Shown: positions 61,096 to 64,000 of the stretch, piece by piece | Layout of the letters: every line of letters starts with the position of its first letter | How positions within the stretch are numbered: the first letter of the stretch is position 1 | Source of the DNA: Aureliella sp. | GTDB lineage: Bacteria > Planctomycetota > Planctomycetia > Pirellulales > Pirellulaceae | Direction: 5' to 3' | Assembly (NCBI GenBank): GCA_963691875.1 | Contig: OY829846.1 | Coordinates: 3,904,001-3,968,000 of the forward strand | Length of the DNA stretch: 64,000 nt | Position numbers and translations under genes: made by a program | The notes under the pieces: generated by a model | What the model saw: the letters and a program-made list of their open reading frames with translations, nothing else | What the model was told of the DNA's origin: nothing | Database searches by the model: none

Positions 61096-62366
61096 TTGGC
61101 ACGGTCGTCAAGATCTCATTGCTGAGACTGTGGAATACCAAGAGTGAGCTAGCGTTGATTTTCATCGTACCGGTCTTGTTCTTTAGTATCTTTGCTTGGA
61201 TTTTTAGTCGAGGTGTAGGACGCAAACCAGGACAGATTCGCGTCTCGATCATTTGCGATGACATGAAACAACCTGGCAAACTGCTCGCTCAGTCCCTGTC
61301 GGAGCGTGAGGAGTTGCGAACGGTAACCGGTATCGGAAGCACAGCCGAAGGCTGGCCCATTGGCAGACTTTCGAAAACAGTTATCAGCCAGCATGGGGCC
61401 GAAGTAGTCGTCTATATCCCACCGACTTTTACCGAACACACTCGCAATGGTGGCAAGCCTGAGGTGCAAATCCTGCACGAAGGCACCAACCCAATCAGCG
61501 CTCAGATCGTCGAAGCGGCCTTGGCCCAAACTATGATCACGCAACAAGTTGACCTGCTCGCCGCGATCACCAATCCACAACTCGATCAAACCGATAGCGG
61601 AAGTCGTCAAGACTTTCGTCAGTCATCGGTCCAGTTCGCTTCGGGAACCATTGCTGCAGCAGGCAGTGTCCAACCGGCAACTGCATCCAGTGGCTTACCG
61701 AACGGCCAGCCACTGCCGACTTTCCAGTTTGAAAAAGAAAACATCTTTGCCTCAAACAAACACAATCCCAAAATCGCAATGTACGCGGCTGGGATTGCAG
61801 TAATGTTCCTATTGTTCTCTGCGAGCGGCGCCGGAGCCAGTTTGCTGGAAGAAAAAGAAGCTGGGACTCTGGATCGACTCTTATCGAGCCATTTGACTCT
61901 AACGGATCTGCTCATCGGCAAATGGCTTTACATGGCTGGCTTGGGTTTCGTGCAGATCACCACCATGTTCGTCTGGGGCCAACTCGTCTTTGACGTCGAC
62001 CTCTGGGGACATTTGCCGGGATATTTTGCGATGGCTGGTGCGACAACTTGCGCCAGCGCGAGCTTCGCTTTGCTACTTGCAACGCTTTGCCGGTCGCGAC
62101 AAGAGCTCAACGGAGTCGCACTGGTTCTGGTTCTTGGCATGTCGGCGCTGGGTGGGAGTATGATCCCGCGCTACATCATGAGCGAGTCGATGCAGCAGAT
62201 GGGACGCTTCACATTCAACGGCTGGGCGATAGACGGTTTTAAAAAAATCTTCTGGTACGACTTGCCGCTCTCTGCGATTCAGACGGAAATCTGCGTTCTC
62301 TTATTCATCACCGTGTTGTTCGGTACTCTCGCCAACATGTTGATTCGACGCTGGAGCCTGAACTAA
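61092..62366 (+). CDS. ABC-2 type transporter permease
   Basis: N-terminal TM, large periplasmic loop, LLEEKEAGTLDRLL, LGGSMIP; ATGA coupling. Confidence 0.92.
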   Translation: MIGTVVKISLLRLWNTKSELALIFIVPVLFFSIFAWIFSRGVGRKPGQIRVSIICDDMKQPGKLLAQSLSEREELRTVTGIGSTAEGWPIGRLSKTVISQHGAEVVVYIPPTFTEHTRNGGKPEVQILHEGTNPISAQIVEAALAQTMITQQVDLLAAITNPQLDQTDSGSRQDFRQSSVQFASGTIAAAGSVQPATASSGLPNGQPLPTFQFEKENIFASNKHNPKIAMYAAGIAVMFLLFSASGAGASLLEEKEAGTLDRLLSSHLTLTDLLIGKWLYMAGLGFVQITTMFVWGQLVFDVDLWGHLPGYFAMAGATTCASASFALLLATLCRSRQELNGVALVLVLGMSALGGSMIPRYIMSESMQQMGRFTFNGWAIDGFKKIFWYDLPLSAIQTEICVLLFITVLFGTLANMLIRRWSLN

Positions 62367-63304
62367 TGACAAATCTGATAAGCCTAAGAATTGCTGCCTA
62401 CAGTGCACTGATACTTTGTTTCATTCCTTTGTTAGGATGCCAGCTGCTTTACAAGAAGACTTACGATCCGCCAGTCCAGCCACTGACGAAGACAAACTCG
62501 AGTGATTTGTCCCGTGTCGAGAACGGATTCTTCGACAACGCACCCGAGGAGGGTCCAGTTATCATCGAAATGTCGGACTTGCCCCTCATTCCAGAAGAGT
62601 TCAGTGCCTACACACCTGGTGCAGAGCCTGCCAAGGCTCAACCAGTTTTGGCGTCGGCTCAGAAGCCAACCAGCGCCTGGAACGACAACGCAAGGCCCAG
62701 CCCCCAACCGCAGCAGAACTCGCAAGTGGTAACACCAGCACACCTGCTAGGTGAACCGGCGGCACAAACTGCTCAACCGAATACAAGTTCTCAAACCCGT
62801 GAACCCGTAGCAAGATCTCCAATTCTACCTGCCGCTGCAGCTCTCGGAATCGCCGCACAGCCGCCGGCCAACATGACACAATATCCGGCGAAACCTGTGC
62901 CCGCGAGAACGAACCAGCCGTTGGCCCCAAGTACTCCAGCGCTAAATGTGAGCGTCAGTGGCCTACAGCCTGGACGCGGCCCGGTGCGAATAGCTGTATT
63001 TTCAGGGCAAAAGTCCTTTCCGGATCACTCGGCCGCCGCGAAGAAAGCAGTTGTGGCAGTAAACGGGAACAGCGCTCAACATGCACTGACAGATCTACCA
63101 GCTGGCGTGGTCGCCATCGCGGCCTATCAAGATCTAAACAATAACGGAAAATTGGACCGGGGCACTTTTGGAATCCCGAAGGAACCTTACGGATTCTCGA
63201 ACAATGCGAAAGGCTCAATGGGTCCACCCAGCTTCAAAGCGGCTTCCGTGAATCCTGCTCGCTCTAATTCGGTAGCCATCAAACTATCCCAGGTTCGATT
63301 TTAA
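62366..63304 (+). CDS. Lipoprotein with Pro/Gln/Ala linker and C-terminal DUF2141 domain
   Basis: Lipobox LLGC; AAYQDLNNNGKLDRGTFGIPKEPYGFSNN...PPSFKAA. Confidence 0.85.
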   Translation: MTNLISLRIAAYSALILCFIPLLGCQLLYKKTYDPPVQPLTKTNSSDLSRVENGFFDNAPEEGPVIIEMSDLPLIPEEFSAYTPGAEPAKAQPVLASAQKPTSAWNDNARPSPQPQQNSQVVTPAHLLGEPAAQTAQPNTSSQTREPVARSPILPAAAALGIAAQPPANMTQYPAKPVPARTNQPLAPSTPALNVSVSGLQPGRGPVRIAVFSGQKSFPDHSAAAKKAVVAVNGNSAQHALTDLPAGVVAIAAYQDLNNNGKLDRGTFGIPKEPYGFSNNAKGSMGPPSFKAASVNPARSNSVAIKLSQVRF

Positions 63305-63386
63305 TATTGCGAGACCGAACCGACGCCTGAAGCATTCAAGCCTTTCGCCCACATCACTTTCAAACCCAACTCCGATCCGCACTCGA

Positions 63387-64000
63387 ATGAACGCTGTCCT
63401 CTCCATCCAAGATTCACCAAAACGCTGGGACGCTGTCGTCTTGATTCACGGCCTATTCGCAACGAAGCGAAGCATGTCCAAGGCGCACTCCAAGCTAGAG
63501 TCGCATGGGTACCTGCCGATCAACTTCAGCTATTCGAGCTGCTTTCGGAAGCTTGATTCTCATTTGATGCAACTCCTACCATTGCTTCGGCGTCTCGACA
63601 CTGATAGAAATATTCGGTCTATCAACTTTCTGGCGCATAGTTACGGTGGAATTTTGATGCGCTATGCCTTGCAGAGTGAGATTTTCTCCAAGCTTCAGCG
63701 CGCAGTCATGCTGGCACCGCCCAATGCTGGAACGCCACTGGCAAAATACTCCGTCGGTGTTTTTGACCGACTCTTCCCAGCAGTCCGACAGCTGGCCGAC
63801 GCCCCCGAAGCCCTTCCAAAGCAACTTAGTGCACCTAACAACATCGAAGTTGGAGTAATTGCTGCGGCAACCGATATGATTGTCGGAAGAGACAGTACGC
63901 ACTTACCAAATCAGTCCGACCATTGCGTGATGCCTACTTCGCATTTTGAGCTTCCTAGGCACAAAGCCACGCTCGACCGCTGCCTCAGCTTCTTGGCGGA
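63387..64000 (+). CDS. Alpha/beta hydrolase (lipase/PGAP1-like), truncated by the window end
   Basis: Hand-translated: VVLIHGLF, FLAHSYGG nucleophile elbow, VMLAPPNAG; open to the window edge. Confidence 0.85.
   Translation, partial: MNAVLSIQDSPKRWDAVVLIHGLFATKRSMSKAHSKLESHGYLPINFSYSSCFRKLDSHLMQLLPLLRRLDTDRNIRSINFLAHSYGGILMRYALQSEIFSKLQRAVMLAPPNAGTPLAKYSVGVFDRLFPAVRQLADAPEALPKQLSAPNNIEVGVIAAATDMIVGRDSTHLPNQSDHCVMPTSHFELPRHKATLDRCLSFLA

Noticed and set aside
1..64000. CRISPR array, tRNA, rRNA, integrase or transposase
   Set aside because: No regularly spaced direct repeats, cloverleaf motifs or recombinase motifs were found by eye; a covariance-model scan would be needed to exclude small ncRNAs.

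Overview
64 kb of ordinary-GC bacterial chromosome. It is almost certainly a planctomycete (Pirellulaceae-like), judging from DUF1592/DUF1552 genes, several sulfatases, an ECF sigma/Ser-Thr kinase pair, an SHD1-PQQ propeller protein and GTAG-type intergenic palindromes. Main blocks: (i) a light/UV-repair cluster (5.9-12.5 kb) with three different photolyase-family genes, an SDR and a DUF2256 mini-gene missed by the ORF track; one photolyase (class II CPD) is fused to a renalase-like FAD oxidoreductase and ends in a canonical beta-clamp-binding motif, QLSLF; (ii) sulfatases, including a two-domain tandem sulfatase; (iii) a phosphonate catabolism operon (DUF5690 transporter, decayed Zn-ADH, phnZ, TIGR03364-type FAD oxidase, phnX); (iv) a surface-glycan locus (ABC exporter, DegT aminotransferase, GT4s) whose tail is two heavily decayed genes (NTP transferase, methyltransferase); (v) a membrane protein/wHTH/ispH unit with two copies of an ACTTTG-N5-CAAAGT operator; (vi) kinases, an ECF sigma and an ABC-2/DUF2141/lipase operon. 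At least five pseudogenes were reconstructed by hand from apparently empty or split regions. No rRNA, tRNA, CRISPR array or intact mobile element was seen. Family assignments come from recognising motifs, not from database searches.
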